Shown here in pieces: positions 19,572 to 29,900 of a stretch of DNA of 64,000 nucleotides. Below the pieces are notes generated by a model. It saw only the letters and a program-made list of their open reading frames with translations, did not search any database and was not told the DNA's origin. The stretch spans positions 4,912,484 to 4,976,483 of the forward strand of contig OZ245046.1 in NCBI GenBank assembly GCA_965224245.1, read 5' to 3'. The position numbers and the translations under genes are program-made. Each line of letters opens with the position of its first letter. The first letter of the stretch is position 1. This DNA is from Candidatus Eiseniibacteriota bacterium (GTDB lineage Bacteria; Eisenbacteria; RBG-16-71-46; CAZAMP01).

Positions 19572-20693
19572 TCAGTCCCGGAGGTAGTGGCAAGTGTACC
19601 CGTTCGGGTTCTTCACGAGGTAGTCCTGGTGGAAGGCCTCGGCGTCGTACCATTTCGAGGCGGCGACGATCTCGGTGACGATCGGGTCGCGCCACTTGCC
19701 CGACCCGTCCACCTGGGCCTTCACGCGCTCGGCCGCGTCCCGCTGGGCATCGCTGTGGTAGAAGATCGCCGAGCGGTACTGCGAGCCGCGGTCGTTCCCC
19801 TGCCGGTTCATCGTGGTCGGGTCGTGCATGCGGAAGAACCACCCGAGAAGCTCCTCGTACGACAGGACGTTCGGATCGAACACGATCCGCACCGACTCGG
19901 CGTGGCCGCTCGAGCCCCTCTTGACGTCCTCGTACGTCGCGTTCTCGACGTGTCCGCCGGTGTAGCCCACCTGCGTGTCGAGGACACCGGGGATCTCGCG
20001 AATGATCTGCTCCATGCCCCAGAAGCACCCGCCCGCCAGCGTGGCGACCTCGGTGTTCTCCGCCATCATGCCCACCTTTTCGTCCGCGCCCCGGGGCGCG
20101 TCACCGCCCTTTCCGAACAGCGGGAGAAAGTCTCCGTAGCCGGCGCCGGCCAGATCGTCCACCGGGACGAACCGGAGCGATGCCGAGTTGATGCAGTACC
20201 GCAGCCCCGTCGGCTCGGGTCCGTCGGGGAACACGTGACCGAGGTGCGAGTCGGCCATCTTCGAACGCACCTCGACGCGCCGCATGCCCAGTCGCGTGTC
20301 GGTGCGCTCGACGACGAGGTCCGGGATCAGCGGCCGCGTGAAGCTCGGCCAGCCCGTGCCCGACTCGAACTTGTCCAGCGAGCTGAACAACGGCTCGCCC
20401 GAGACGACGTCGACGTAGATCCCGTCAGCGTGATTATCCCAGAACTCGTTCTGGAACGGGCGTTCGGTGCCGTCCTCCTGCGTGACCTCGTACTGCGTCG
20501 AGCTGAGCGCCGCGCGGAGCTCGGCGTCGGCGGGCTTCTGGAACGACTCCCACGGACCCGACGCGTCGATCGCCACCGGGTTGGGGTCGGTGCTCTCGGG
20601 CTTGGGCGCCCGCGTGCGGGCCATGCTCTGCCAGGTGAAGCCGAAGACGGCCGCCGTGATCACGGCTGCCGAGAGAAATGCTCCGAGTCTCAT
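19572..20693 (-). CDS. msrAB: Exported bifunctional peptide methionine sulfoxide reductase, MsrB-MsrA fusion.
   Basis: MsrB part: '[47 protein letters not shown]...[24 protein letters not shown]'. MsrA part: '[14 protein letters not shown]...[12 protein letters not shown]...[11 protein letters not shown]'. Likely start '[18 protein letters not shown]' (signal/anchor) at 20693. The listed ORF extends to 20861. Confidence 0.9.
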   Translation of the reverse strand: MRLGAFLSAAVITAAVFGFTWQSMARTRAPKPESTDPNPVAIDASGPWESFQKPADAELRAALSSTQYEVTQEDGTERPFQNEFWDNHADGIYVDVVSGEPLFSSLDKFESGTGWPSFTRPLIPDLVVERTDTRLGMRRVEVRSKMADSHLGHVFPDGPEPTGLRYCINSASLRFVPVDDLAGAGYGDFLPLFGKGGDAPRGADEKVGMMAENTEVATLAGGCFWGMEQIIREIPGVLDTQVGYTGGHVENATYEDVKRGSSGHAESVRIVFDPNVLSYEELLGWFFRMHDPTTMNRQGNDRGSQYRSAIFYHSDAQRDAAERVKAQVDGSGKWRDPIVTEIVAASKWYDAEAFHQDYLVKNPNGYTCHYLRD

Positions 20694-20940
20694 TGGTGAC
20701 CTCCAGGTCGGGTCCGGCGGGAGGCCGGAAACGGCTCGGGACGCCGGCGCCGAGGCGGCGGGTCGCGAGCCCTGAGAATACCGACACTGGGATGTTCGCT
20801 TCCATGGGTGGGGTCCCCGGACCGGGCGCTTTTGAGCGACTTTCCACCGGGGCGTGATCAATGCGTGAGAGATCCCCCGGGAGACGGCACGTTACGGCCG
20901 TCTCGAGGGGGCTGCCGGGGGTTCGGGCCGGATCACGCCG

Positions 20941-21573
20941 TCAGTCGCCGCGCGACCAGACCGTGCCGATCCCGAACACGAACGACCAGTTCTCGACGTC
21001 GCTGACGAACTCCCGCCGCACCTCGGCGTTCATCTCGATCGGCCCCTCGCGGTGTGCCACGCCGAACGCGGCCTCGGCGCCGATCTGGGTGCTTCCGAGC
21101 GCATCCTCGAGGCTCCGGTCCGACGGCACGTCGGCGCTCACCAGGTGGAGGGCCAGGCCGGTCTTCAGGTACGTGTGGAGGCCGTCCTCGCCCCAGTCGT
21201 CGGCCCGGAACCGGAACAGCCTCGCGCGGACGTCGACGGCGATCCGGGTGTCGCTCAGATCTCCGAGGGCGGTGTCGCCGTACTTCGAGCGATCCAAGTC
21301 GGCCTTCCAGCGGCTGACCTCCAGCGAGGTGCGCAGGAACGGCTTGACGATCGATCCCATGCCGGCGACCGCGCCCAGCACCAGCCCGCTCGAGGCGTGC
21401 TTCGGTGACGCGACCCCGACCACGAACCGGAGGCCCGTCGGGCGCAGGCGGGCCTGCTCGTCCGTATCCTCGAGCTGCGCGGACGCCGCGCCGGCAGCGG
21501 TCGCGAGCAGCAGCGCCGAGGCCAGGGCGCCGCGCCAGGACCACGCTCGCGAAAGCGAAGTCGGGAGGAACAT
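20941..21573 (-). CDS. Outer-membrane beta-barrel protein (OmpW/OmpA-beta-barrel-like).
   Basis: Start ATG at 21573 preceded by 'AGGAGG'. Signal peptide 'MFLPTSLSRAWSWRGALASALLLATAAGAASAQ'. Alternating hydrophobic beta-strand pattern and a C-terminal aromatic-rich segment 'WSFVFGIGTVWSRGD'. Confidence 0.6.
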   Translation of the reverse strand: MFLPTSLSRAWSWRGALASALLLATAAGAASAQLEDTDEQARLRPTGLRFVVGVASPKHASSGLVLGAVAGMGSIVKPFLRTSLEVSRWKADLDRSKYGDTALGDLSDTRIAVDVRARLFRFRADDWGEDGLHTYLKTGLALHLVSADVPSDRSLEDALGSTQIGAEAAFGVAHREGPIEMNAEVRREFVSDVENWSFVFGIGTVWSRGD

Positions 21574-21803
21574 GTCGGACAACCTCCTGAAAAGGGGTTC
21601 GATCACGCGCAGGGGATTGTAGGAGCCGGACGTCGCGATGGGAAGCGTCACGACGTGCGCGCCATCCCTCGGAGATCGACGCGAGCGGGACTGAGAAGTC
21701 ACATGTCGGGATCGGCCGGCACGCCGGACCGGGGGTGTTGCGCGCCTGGGGGGGAGGGCGTGGCCACCGACGGGGGCTAAGTCCAATGTTCTCGGAAGTC
21801 GCC

Positions 21804-21842
21804 GTGCACCCGGGCGGGCGGTAGAGCCACACCCGGGTGCAC
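21804..21842 (-). terminator. Stem-loop downstream of the HAF-repeat gene.
   Basis: Inverted repeat 'gtgcacccggg' ... 'cccgggtgcac' with 11-bp arms and a 17-nt loop, about 45 nt past the stop of 21887..23323. Confidence 0.4.
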
Positions 21843-21886
21843 CGTGCGGTGGCGGGGTTCGCCAACGGGATCGGGCGGGTCCGCGT

Positions 21887-23323
21887 CTATCGAATCCGGA
21901 CCACGCGCGCGACCGAGGTCCCCGCGACGCCGGCGGACCCCGTCGCCGTCAGTCGAACGTGGTAAACACCGGACGACACGATCCGACCGGCATCGTCGGC
22001 GCCGCTCCACTCGATCCGGTGGACGCCGCCGGAGTGGTATCCGGAGGCCAGCGACGCGACGCGCCGACCGGAGACGTCGATCACGTCGACCTGCACCGAT
22101 CCGGGCACCGCCAGATCGAACGTCAGCGCGAACGGTCCACGCGAGACGGTGGCCGACCCCGGGGCGAGGCGCAGCCGGGGCACCATGGGACGCCCCGCGA
22201 GGTCGGGTGTGGAGACCACGTCGCGCGGGATCAGAACGAAGCCGCGGGGCGCACCGAAGCCGGGACCCATGTGACCGTCCCCCACGATCCACCCTAAGTT
22301 GTTGATTCCCAGTGCGCGGTCCAGCACGAAACCGCTCGACGGGTCGATGGCATCGTTCAGGTCCCGCATTCCGCGGACCGGATCCCAGGCGAACGCGCGC
22401 CAGTCTCCGGTCACACCGCTCATCGCGGAGCCCACGACGACCTCGGCGTCGTTGATGGCGGCGGGGTTCACCCTCAGCGAGGCGCCCCCGTCGAGTCCCG
22501 GAAGGAACGTGAAGCCGGCCGCCTCGGTCCAGGTGAACGCGTGGAAGGCCGAGCCGTTCCAGCCCGAGCCCAGCACCACGCCGTTCTCGTTGATCCCGGC
22601 CGCGCTGCTGGTCCCGGCACCGCTGGGGCTCAGGAGCTCGTGCAGCAGGACGGCGTCACCGGTCGGGACGTCGTAGACGAACGCCTCGCTGTCGCCGGCC
22701 GACCAGCGGATGTTGCCCACCGCGACGCCGGCGTCGTTCACGCGGAGCAGCTCCCGCGACGCGAGCACGTCGATCCCTCGCGTGCCGCTCTCGGCGTCCC
22801 AGACGATCGGCGTTCGGTTGACGCCGTCGGAGTCGCTCCCCGACCCCTTCACGTGCCCGACGACCAGTCCCGTGTCGTTGAGTCCGTGGACGTACACGGT
22901 CGTGAAGCCGCCGCCGAGGCCCCCGATGAAGGTGGTTTCCCCGGTGGTCAGGTCGTGGAGGGCGGCGTCGCCGGCCACCTGGTCGAGGTCGTTGATGTCC
23001 TCGATCCAGATCAGGGGCGTCGCCGACTTGCCCTCGGCCTCGGTCCACTGGAAGCCCGCGTAGAAGCTCCCGGAGGTCGAGGTACCGCACGCGCGGTTCG
23101 AGTCGTTGATGTCCCAGAGGTAGCACTCGGGGATCGAGCCGTCGAAGGCCTCGACGACGATCAGGTCGTATTCGACGTCGGCGTGGGCCGCAGGGACGAT
23201 CGGCCCCGGGCCCGACGACCACGCGATGGCGGTGGTGACGGCGACGGCCCGGATCAGCGTGGGGACGGCCGCGCCCGCGCGCGGTCGGTGTCCGTGGCCC
23301 CGCCGGCGGTCGGACTGGAGCAT
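21887..23323 (-). CDS. Secreted HAF-family extracellular repeat protein with a FlgD-Ig/T9SS-type C-terminal domain.
   Basis: Repeated 'GINDxGxVVG'-type segments (GLNDTGLVVGHVKG, RVNDAGVAVGNI, GINENGVVLGSGW, AINDAEVVVGSA, GINNLGWIVGDG). C-terminal 'VQVDVIDVSGRRVASLASG...IEWSGADDAGRIVSSGVYHVRL'. Confidence 0.65.
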   Translation of the reverse strand: MLQSDRRRGHGHRPRAGAAVPTLIRAVAVTTAIAWSSGPGPIVPAAHADVEYDLIVVEAFDGSIPECYLWDINDSNRACGTSTSGSFYAGFQWTEAEGKSATPLIWIEDINDLDQVAGDAALHDLTTGETTFIGGLGGGFTTVYVHGLNDTGLVVGHVKGSGSDSDGVNRTPIVWDAESGTRGIDVLASRELLRVNDAGVAVGNIRWSAGDSEAFVYDVPTGDAVLLHELLSPSGAGTSSAAGINENGVVLGSGWNGSAFHAFTWTEAAGFTFLPGLDGGASLRVNPAAINDAEVVVGSAMSGVTGDWRAFAWDPVRGMRDLNDAIDPSSGFVLDRALGINNLGWIVGDGHMGPGFGAPRGFVLIPRDVVSTPDLAGRPMVPRLRLAPGSATVSRGPFALTFDLAVPGSVQVDVIDVSGRRVASLASGYHSGGVHRIEWSGADDAGRIVSSGVYHVRLTATGSAGVAGTSVARVVRIR

Positions 23324-23431
23324 CAGGCGTTCTCCTTGGAAGGGGGTCGGGGTCCGAGGGTCGGGGGAGCCCGCGACACGGATGACGACGAGTGGGGGTT
23401 CGCCCCCAGCTGATACGTCGGGCCGTCATGT

Positions 23432-24499
23432 ATGCCGGATGCCGGCGATCGCGCCGTCCACGACGCCCGGGGCGCGATCCGCGACCTGGGAGCCGGCCGA
23501 ACCCCTGTGCGAGGCCGCGCCTTGCCGCCGTCGGAGCGCAACGATACGATATCGCACTCTGGATTCCCGACACCCCGGCGACGAGCCCCGGCGCGGCCCG
23601 CTTGCGGAGCGCTCCAGCCCTCGCGACCGAGAGGAAGAGGCATCGTGCCGCACGCGCCCAACGTCGACGTTCGAGTCGGACAGAGCCTGCTCTCGCGCGT
23701 GCTGCCGCCGAGGACCTGGCCGCTGGCCGTGTTCACGTTCGTGGCGCCCCTGTGCGTGGGGCTCGTGATCCACGCCCTGATCCAGCTCGACCGCCTGATG
23801 ATGGCGGCGGCCGTGGGCGTCGGGGTCCTCGCCCTGGCCGTCGGCAGCCTGCCCGCGACGTTGACCGACGCGGTGCGCCGCGAGCGCGCGTCCGACGCCG
23901 CCCCGGAGGACGCGCCCGCCGGCGTCCCCGCGAGCACCGGCGACGGCCACTACCTCTGGCCCGGCTCCGCGGGCGATCGCCGCTGGTTCATCGCGTTCCT
24001 CGCCCTGGGCATGGTGTCGGTGCTGGTGTGGCCGGTGCTGGTGATCCGGCTCGCGACCGGGGTGCCGGCGGTGTTCGTGGGGGGGCTCTACCTCGTCACG
24101 CTCGGGGCGGGCACGGTCGGACGGGCGTCGGCGGGGCCGCGACCCTCCCGGCTCATCCCGTGGTGCTATGTGGTCGGGCCGGCCAGCGCGGTGGCGCTCG
24201 CGGCACTGGCCATGCGTCCGACCCACCTCGGGCCGTGGCGCGACGTCGTCTACATGACGATGGGCCGCGGCGCGGCCGTGGCCGCCATCCTGTACTGGCT
24301 CCTGTTCGAGCGTGCGATCCGGCAGCGGTACCGCGGAACCGGACCGGCGCCCGATGCACTCCTGCCGTCACGCGTGCTGGCGTTTCTCCTGGCGGCGACC
24401 GGGTTTCTCGTACCCGGGGGCGGCACGCCGTACGCGATCTCGTGGGCGGCGGCCTGGCTGATGGTGGCCTACCACGAGCGCCGGCTCGCGATGCGCTAG
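23432..24499 (+). CDS. Integral membrane protein, unknown function. The real start is possibly GTG near 23644.
   Basis: About eight hydrophobic helices ('WPLAVFTFVAPLCVGLVIHALI', 'AAAVGVGVLALAVGSL', 'WFIAFLALGMVSVLVWPVLVI', ...). The N-terminal ~70 aa of the listed ORF look non-coding (Arg/Pro-rich). Confidence 0.5.
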   Translation: MPDAGDRAVHDARGAIRDLGAGRTPVRGRALPPSERNDTISHSGFPTPRRRAPARPACGALQPSRPRGRGIVPHAPNVDVRVGQSLLSRVLPPRTWPLAVFTFVAPLCVGLVIHALIQLDRLMMAAAVGVGVLALAVGSLPATLTDAVRRERASDAAPEDAPAGVPASTGDGHYLWPGSAGDRRWFIAFLALGMVSVLVWPVLVIRLATGVPAVFVGGLYLVTLGAGTVGRASAGPRPSRLIPWCYVVGPASAVALAALAMRPTHLGPWRDVVYMTMGRGAAVAAILYWLLFERAIRQRYRGTGPAPDALLPSRVLAFLLAATGFLVPGGGTPYAISWAAAWLMVAYHERRLAMR

Positions 24500-24506
24500 T
24501 CCGGCG

Positions 24507-25733
24507 CTAGAGCCCCGCGCGGTAGCGCGCCTTGATCCGGCCCCACGAGGACGTCGCCGTCGGCGTGACCGCGCAGGCCTCCCCGAAGGCACCGACCGGC
24601 TCCAGACACGGGTTGTTCTCCGGAAGGCACGGCGAGATCGGCTCGACGCCGTAGTCCCCACCGGCGCGATCGCAGAACAGGGGATCCACGTCGGCGTTGC
24701 CGCTGACCAGGCTGCCGTGGCCCACGAGCGGACCACCGGCGTTGTCGAACGTGATGTTGCACTGCACGCGCGACGTCGCGCCGTCCTCGACCTCGATCCC
24801 CGGTCCGGCGCCTCCGACGACGAGGTTGCCGTGGACGTGCACCGCGCTGCCGTTGCCCGCGTAGATCCCCGGACCCGATGGCGTGTCGACGATCGTGTTC
24901 CGGTACACGTCGGCGCCCGCCAGGCGGGCGTAGATCGGGGAGGGCGTCCGCACGAAGAGGTTGTCGCGGACGACCTGCCGCCCTCCGTTGCGCTGCATGA
25001 ACAGCCCGCCGGCGCCGTCGGTGAACGTGTTCTCGGCCACGACGATCATGCCCGCGCCGAACGTGATCACGCTCCCGTACCGGTTCACGCCGTGCGAGAT
25101 GATCTCGTTGCCGACGACCTCCATCGTGCCGCCGTCACCCGGGTGCAGCTCGAACACGCCACCGGGCGTGCCGTTCCCGACGATCACGTTGCCCGCGATC
25201 CGGCCCGGGCCGGTGATCGCGACCTCGTGCCCGCCCTCGATCAGTGTCGAATCCTCGAAGCGGTTCCCGGTGACCTCGTGATGGCCGCCCTCGAGCGACA
25301 GCAGCGCGAACCCGCCGTTCTCGAGGAACCAGTTGCCCACGATCTGGATCGTGGCGTTCTCGGCCGGCAGCATGAACACGACCGGGGCCTCCGTCTCGCG
25401 GAACGTGAAGCCCTCGAGGCGAAAGAGGCCGTCCACCGAGCTCTCGACGGAGAACATGACGCTCGTGAACGGCACGGGCTTCACGATCGTGTGCTCGGGA
25501 CCGAACGACGCGCGGATCGTGATCGCGTGGCTCACGACCGTGTAGGGCTCGTCGTAGACCCCCGGCGCCACGACGATCTCGTCACCGGGGGCCGACGCCG
25601 ACACGGCCTCGGAGATCGTCGCGTAGTCGACGGGCACGTCGATGGTCGACGCGAGTGGCGAGGTGACCAGCACCGGGCCGGAGAGGGCGACCGCGAGGGC
25701 CCGGCTGAGACGAGGGTAGCGATTCGGATACAT
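24507..25733 (-). CDS. Secreted right-handed parallel beta-helix repeat protein ending in a conserved Cys-rich tail 'SPCLPENNPC...SSWGRIKARYR'.
   Basis: Signal peptide 'LSRALAVALSGPVLVTSPLAS'. Repeated 'GNxIxxNG' / 'VVGNEIISHGVN' / 'VRDNLFV' / 'YRNTIVD' beta-helix turns. Distinctive C-terminus 'DPLFCDRAGGDYGVEPISPCLPENNPCLEPVGAFGEACAVTPTATSSWGRIKARYRAGL'. Confidence 0.65.
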   Translation of the reverse strand: MYPNRYPRLSRALAVALSGPVLVTSPLASTIDVPVDYATISEAVSASAPGDEIVVAPGVYDEPYTVVSHAITIRASFGPEHTIVKPVPFTSVMFSVESSVDGLFRLEGFTFRETEAPVVFMLPAENATIQIVGNWFLENGGFALLSLEGGHHEVTGNRFEDSTLIEGGHEVAITGPGRIAGNVIVGNGTPGGVFELHPGDGGTMEVVGNEIISHGVNRYGSVITFGAGMIVVAENTFTDGAGGLFMQRNGGRQVVRDNLFVRTPSPIYARLAGADVYRNTIVDTPSGPGIYAGNGSAVHVHGNLVVGGAGPGIEVEDGATSRVQCNITFDNAGGPLVGHGSLVSGNADVDPLFCDRAGGDYGVEPISPCLPENNPCLEPVGAFGEACAVTPTATSSWGRIKARYRAGL

Positions 25734-25859
25734 GCGACCTCCTCGATGCGAACGAGCCGACTCCCCGAAGGGGGGAGTGAACGTGACCGCGGGAGGGCGC
25801 TGTGAACCACATCAGTGTAACAAGCCGCGACGCGGGTGGTTCCGGCCAACGAGGGGCGA

Positions 25860-26420
25860 CTCGGGGCCGCCGCGACTCGAGCGTCCCCCAGGTCGTGTCG
25901 ACGACCGGCACCCGCTCGCCCTCACCCAGGGCGCCGATCGGCAGCTCGCAGGCGTTGTTCTCCGGAAGGCACGGCGAGTCCGCCGCGACCGAGAACTCCC
26001 CGGCGGAGGGATCGCAGAAGCGCGGATCGGCGTCGAGGTTCTGCGACTCCGGGTCGGCGCCGACGATCCCGCCCTCGCGGTCCCGAAACGTCAGGCTGCA
26101 CAGGACGACGGCGGCCGAGTTCAGGATCCGGATGCCGGCGCCGGCAGAGCCCACGATGATGAGCTTCGCGAGCTCGCCGCGCACGATGGCCCCTTCGATC
26201 CGGACCACCGCGCGCCGAGCGTCGCCCGCAGCGCAATCGCGACCGCGAGATCGGCGCCGATCGTGGTGAGTCTCGGGCCCGACTCCGAGCGCAGGATGAT
26301 CGCGACGTCCTCGATCCAGAGGGACTCGACGTGACCGGCGGCCCCTAGCACGTCGTCGCCAGCCTCGGCCGCGTCGATCGTGGCGTCGATCGTGGCGTGG
26401 TTGCCGGCGAGGTGCCCCGA
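25860..26420 (-). pseudogene. Truncated paralog (C-terminal half only) of the beta-helix protein 24507..25733.
   Basis: The reading frame gives '...IVGSAGAGIRIL...DADPRFCDPSAGEFSVAADSPCLPENNACELPIGALGEGERVPVVDTTWGTLESRR...', which aligns with the C-terminus of the neighbouring gene. There is no signal peptide or N-terminal half, and the final WGRIKA..YR-stop is lost, so the frame runs on. Confidence 0.4.
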
Positions 26421-26910
26421 TGCGAGCGCCGTGCGCGTCGTCGTGTGTCGCGTGCGTCGACCGTGCAGCGCGGCGACGCGAGAGGTGAACTCTAGTCGCC
26501 TGTAACAAAAGGCGAATCCACTTTGCGCGAGAAACTCTTTGACTCACCTGAAGGCGCTCGTTAGAAAACGATGACCGTGCTCGCTCGCCGCTTCCAGGCT
26601 GCGCGCCACGCCGTGTGATTCTCAACGCAACTCTTCGGTCGTCACTCTCGAGGTCGTCACTCCGATCCGCTTCTCGGTTTGCCGTGTGCGGCACCGCGTG
26701 ACGCTTCGAGTCGAGGGGGCTGTGTCGTTGACCGGATCATCTCTGCGCCTCCATCCGACTCTGGAGCCGATCGCGAACCGGTATCACACGATCCAGATTC
26801 CTGTTCTTCGAGCGAATGTCCCGCGCGAGGCGCCCGAAGTCGTTTTTTTCCGTTGCTGCCGCGTCGACGTCTAGCTCGCGGACGTCGAACGCCCCCTGGG
26901 AGAGCGTGAC

Positions 26911-29900
26911 ATGCAGATCGATCGGCTGTTCACGAAAGCCGGCCAGGATCCCTACGACGGGATCGAGTTCGTTCCCCGCACCTCCCGCATCACCAATCCC
27001 GACGGCTCGGTCGTGTTCGAGGCGAAGGACATCTCGGTTCCCAAATCATGGAGCCAGGTCGCCGTCGACATCCTCGCGCAGAAATACTTCCGCAAGGCGG
27101 GCGTGCCGCGGCGCACGGTGCGCGTCCCGGAAGAGGGCGTGCCCGAGTGGCTGTGGCGTTCGATTCCCGACGAGAACGCCGCCGACGTCGAGGGCGAGGA
27201 GCGCTTCGGTATGGAGACCGACGCGCGCCAGGTCTTCAACCGGCTCTCCGGCTGCTGGACGTACTGGGGCTGGCGACACGGTTACTTTACGAGCGAGACC
27301 GATGCGCGCACGTTCTACGACGAGCTGTGTCACATGCTCGCAACGCAGGTGTGCGCACCCAACTCGCCGCAGTGGTTCAACACCGGTCTGCACTGGGCGT
27401 ACGGCATCGACGGTCCCGCGCAGGGCCACTTCTTCTTCGACCCCAAGCAGGGCAAGGTCGTCGAGTCGCAGAGCGCGTACGAGCACGTGCAGGCGCACGC
27501 ATGCTTCATCCAGTCGGTCACCGACGATCTCGTCAACGACGGCGGGATCATGGACCTGTGGACGCGCGAGGCGCGGCTCTTCAAGTACGGCTCGGGCACC
27601 GGCTCCAACTTCTCGGCCATCCGGGGCGAGAGCGAGCCCCTGTCCGGCGGCGGCAAGTCGTCGGGGCTGATGTCCTTCCTGAAGATCGGCGACGCGGCGG
27701 CGGGCGCGATCAAGTCGGGCGGCACCACACGCCGCGCGGCGAAGATGGTCATCGTCGACGCCGACCACCCCGACATCGAGACCTACATCGGCTGGAAGGC
27801 CACCGAAGAGCAGAAGGTCGCATCGCTGGTGGCGGGAAGCCGGCTGGCGAACAGACATTTGAATGCGGTCATGCGGGCGTGCCACGCCATGGACTCCAAG
27901 ACTGCGAGCCACGACTCGCACGACGAGGAGCGGTTCGATCCGCGGCACAATACAGAGCTCAGGGATGCGCTCCTGGCCGCCCGCATGGCCCTCTTGCCCG
28001 AGAACTACATCCGGCGCGTGATGGACCTGGCCAAACAGGGCTACACGTCCATCGAGTTCCCCGAGTACTCCACCGACTGGAACTCCGACGCCTACGCCAC
28101 CGTCTCCGGCCAGAACTCCAACAACTCGGTCCGCCTGACGGGCGACTTCATGATGGCCGTGCAGGAGGACGGGCGCTGGAACCTCATTCGCCGCACCGAC
28201 GGCGAGGTGTCGAAGACCCTCCGAGCCCAGAACCTCTGGCGCGACATCGCGTTCGCGTCCTGGTCGTCGGCGGACCCGGGCCTTCAGTTCGACACCACGA
28301 TCAACGAATGGCACACGTGCCCCAGGGGTGGCCGGATCAACGGATCCAATCCATGCGTGACCGGAGACACGCTCGTATCTACTGGTGAAGGACTGGCGCG
28401 GATCGATAGTCTTCTCGAGGGTCCGTTCTCGGTGGTGTCCGGATCGGGGCAGCTCGAGGTGGTGAAGCCGGCGTTCGTGACCGGTCGCAAGCCGGTCCTG
28501 AAGCTCCGGACCCGAGCCGGGTTCGAGCTCCGCCTGACCGCCGATCACAAGGTCTTCACCGCCAACCGCGGCGACGTTCCGGCGGAGGAGCTGACGCTCG
28601 ACGACGTCCTGATGCTGGGCCGCCCGGTCTTCGGCGACCAGCACATCTCCAGTACGCGCGCGGCCGCGCTCGGCGAGGCGATGACCCGGCTGCTCCGGAC
28701 GGCCAGGCGCGGGGGCCGCCGCGGCGCCGCGTCGGCGACCCGGGCCGCCGACGGCGAGACCCGCTGGGCCGGCGACGGCGCCGTGGCGACGCTCGCCATC
28801 GCCGAGGACCTGGCCCCGTTCGTCGAGCTGGACGACCGCGAGATCGCGTTCGCGCCCGGCTTCTTCGCGCTGGACCGCGAGTCGATCGCGACCGTTCTGA
28901 CCACGATGTTCGCCTCGGGCCTCGTCGTCGTCGACGGACACGGCAACGGCACCGGCTCCATCAGCCTCTGCGAGCGCTCGAAGACGCTCGTCCAGCAGAT
29001 GCAGCAGCTCTTCCTGGCCTTCGGCGTCAAGGCCGAGACCGGCAGCGTGGCCGGCTCGCGCGATCACTTCGTCAAGGTGCCGGTTCCGACGGTGGCCGCG
29101 CTGGACGAGCGTCTGGCCGACGAGGATGCCCTCCTCGACGAGGACACGTTCGTCGACTTCCTCCACTCGCTGACGCCCGACGGCACCGAGACCGTCTACG
29201 ACCTGACCGAGCCCGCCACGAGCCACTTCGTGGCCAACGGCCTCGTCGTGCACAACTGCTCGGAGTACATGTTCCTCGACGACACCGCGTGCAACCTGGC
29301 GTCCATCAACCTGGCCAAGGTGTTCAGGTCCGAGACGGCCACGTTCGACGTGGCCAGGTACGAGCACGCGATCCGGGTGTGGACGGTCGTCCTCGAGATC
29401 ACGGTCGCAATGGCGCAGTACCCGTCGCGGAAGATCGCCGAGCTCTCGCACGTGTACCGCACGCTGGGCCTCGGCTACGCGAACCTCGGCACGGTGCTGA
29501 TGCTGAGCGGCATCCCGTACGACTCGAAGGAGGCGTTCGCGATCTGCGGCGCGCTCACCGCCATCCTCACCGGCGTGTCCTACCGGACGAGCGCCGAGAT
29601 GGCCGGGGAGGTCGGCCCGTTCGCCGACTTCGAGCGCAACCGCGAGGACATGCTCCGCGTCATGCGCAACCACCGCCGCGCCGCGTACGACGCCGGTCCC
29701 GAGGACTACGAGGGCCTGACGATCCTGCCAACGGGCATCTCGTCCGAGCACTGCCCCGCCGACCTCGCCAGCGCGGCCCGCCGCGCCTGGGACGAGGCGA
29801 TCGCGCTGGGCGAGGAGTACGGCTACCGCAACGCGCAGGCCACCGTCATCGCGCCCACGGGCACCATCGGTCTCGTGATGGACTGCGACACCACCGGCAT

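Noticed and set aside
26440-26910. Cobalamin riboswitch or NrdR box upstream of nrdJ.
   Set aside because: I could not find a B12 box (AGYCMGGAGACCKGCC-like) or a convincing 16-bp NrdR palindrome by eye. It is left as an unassigned leader in the findings.
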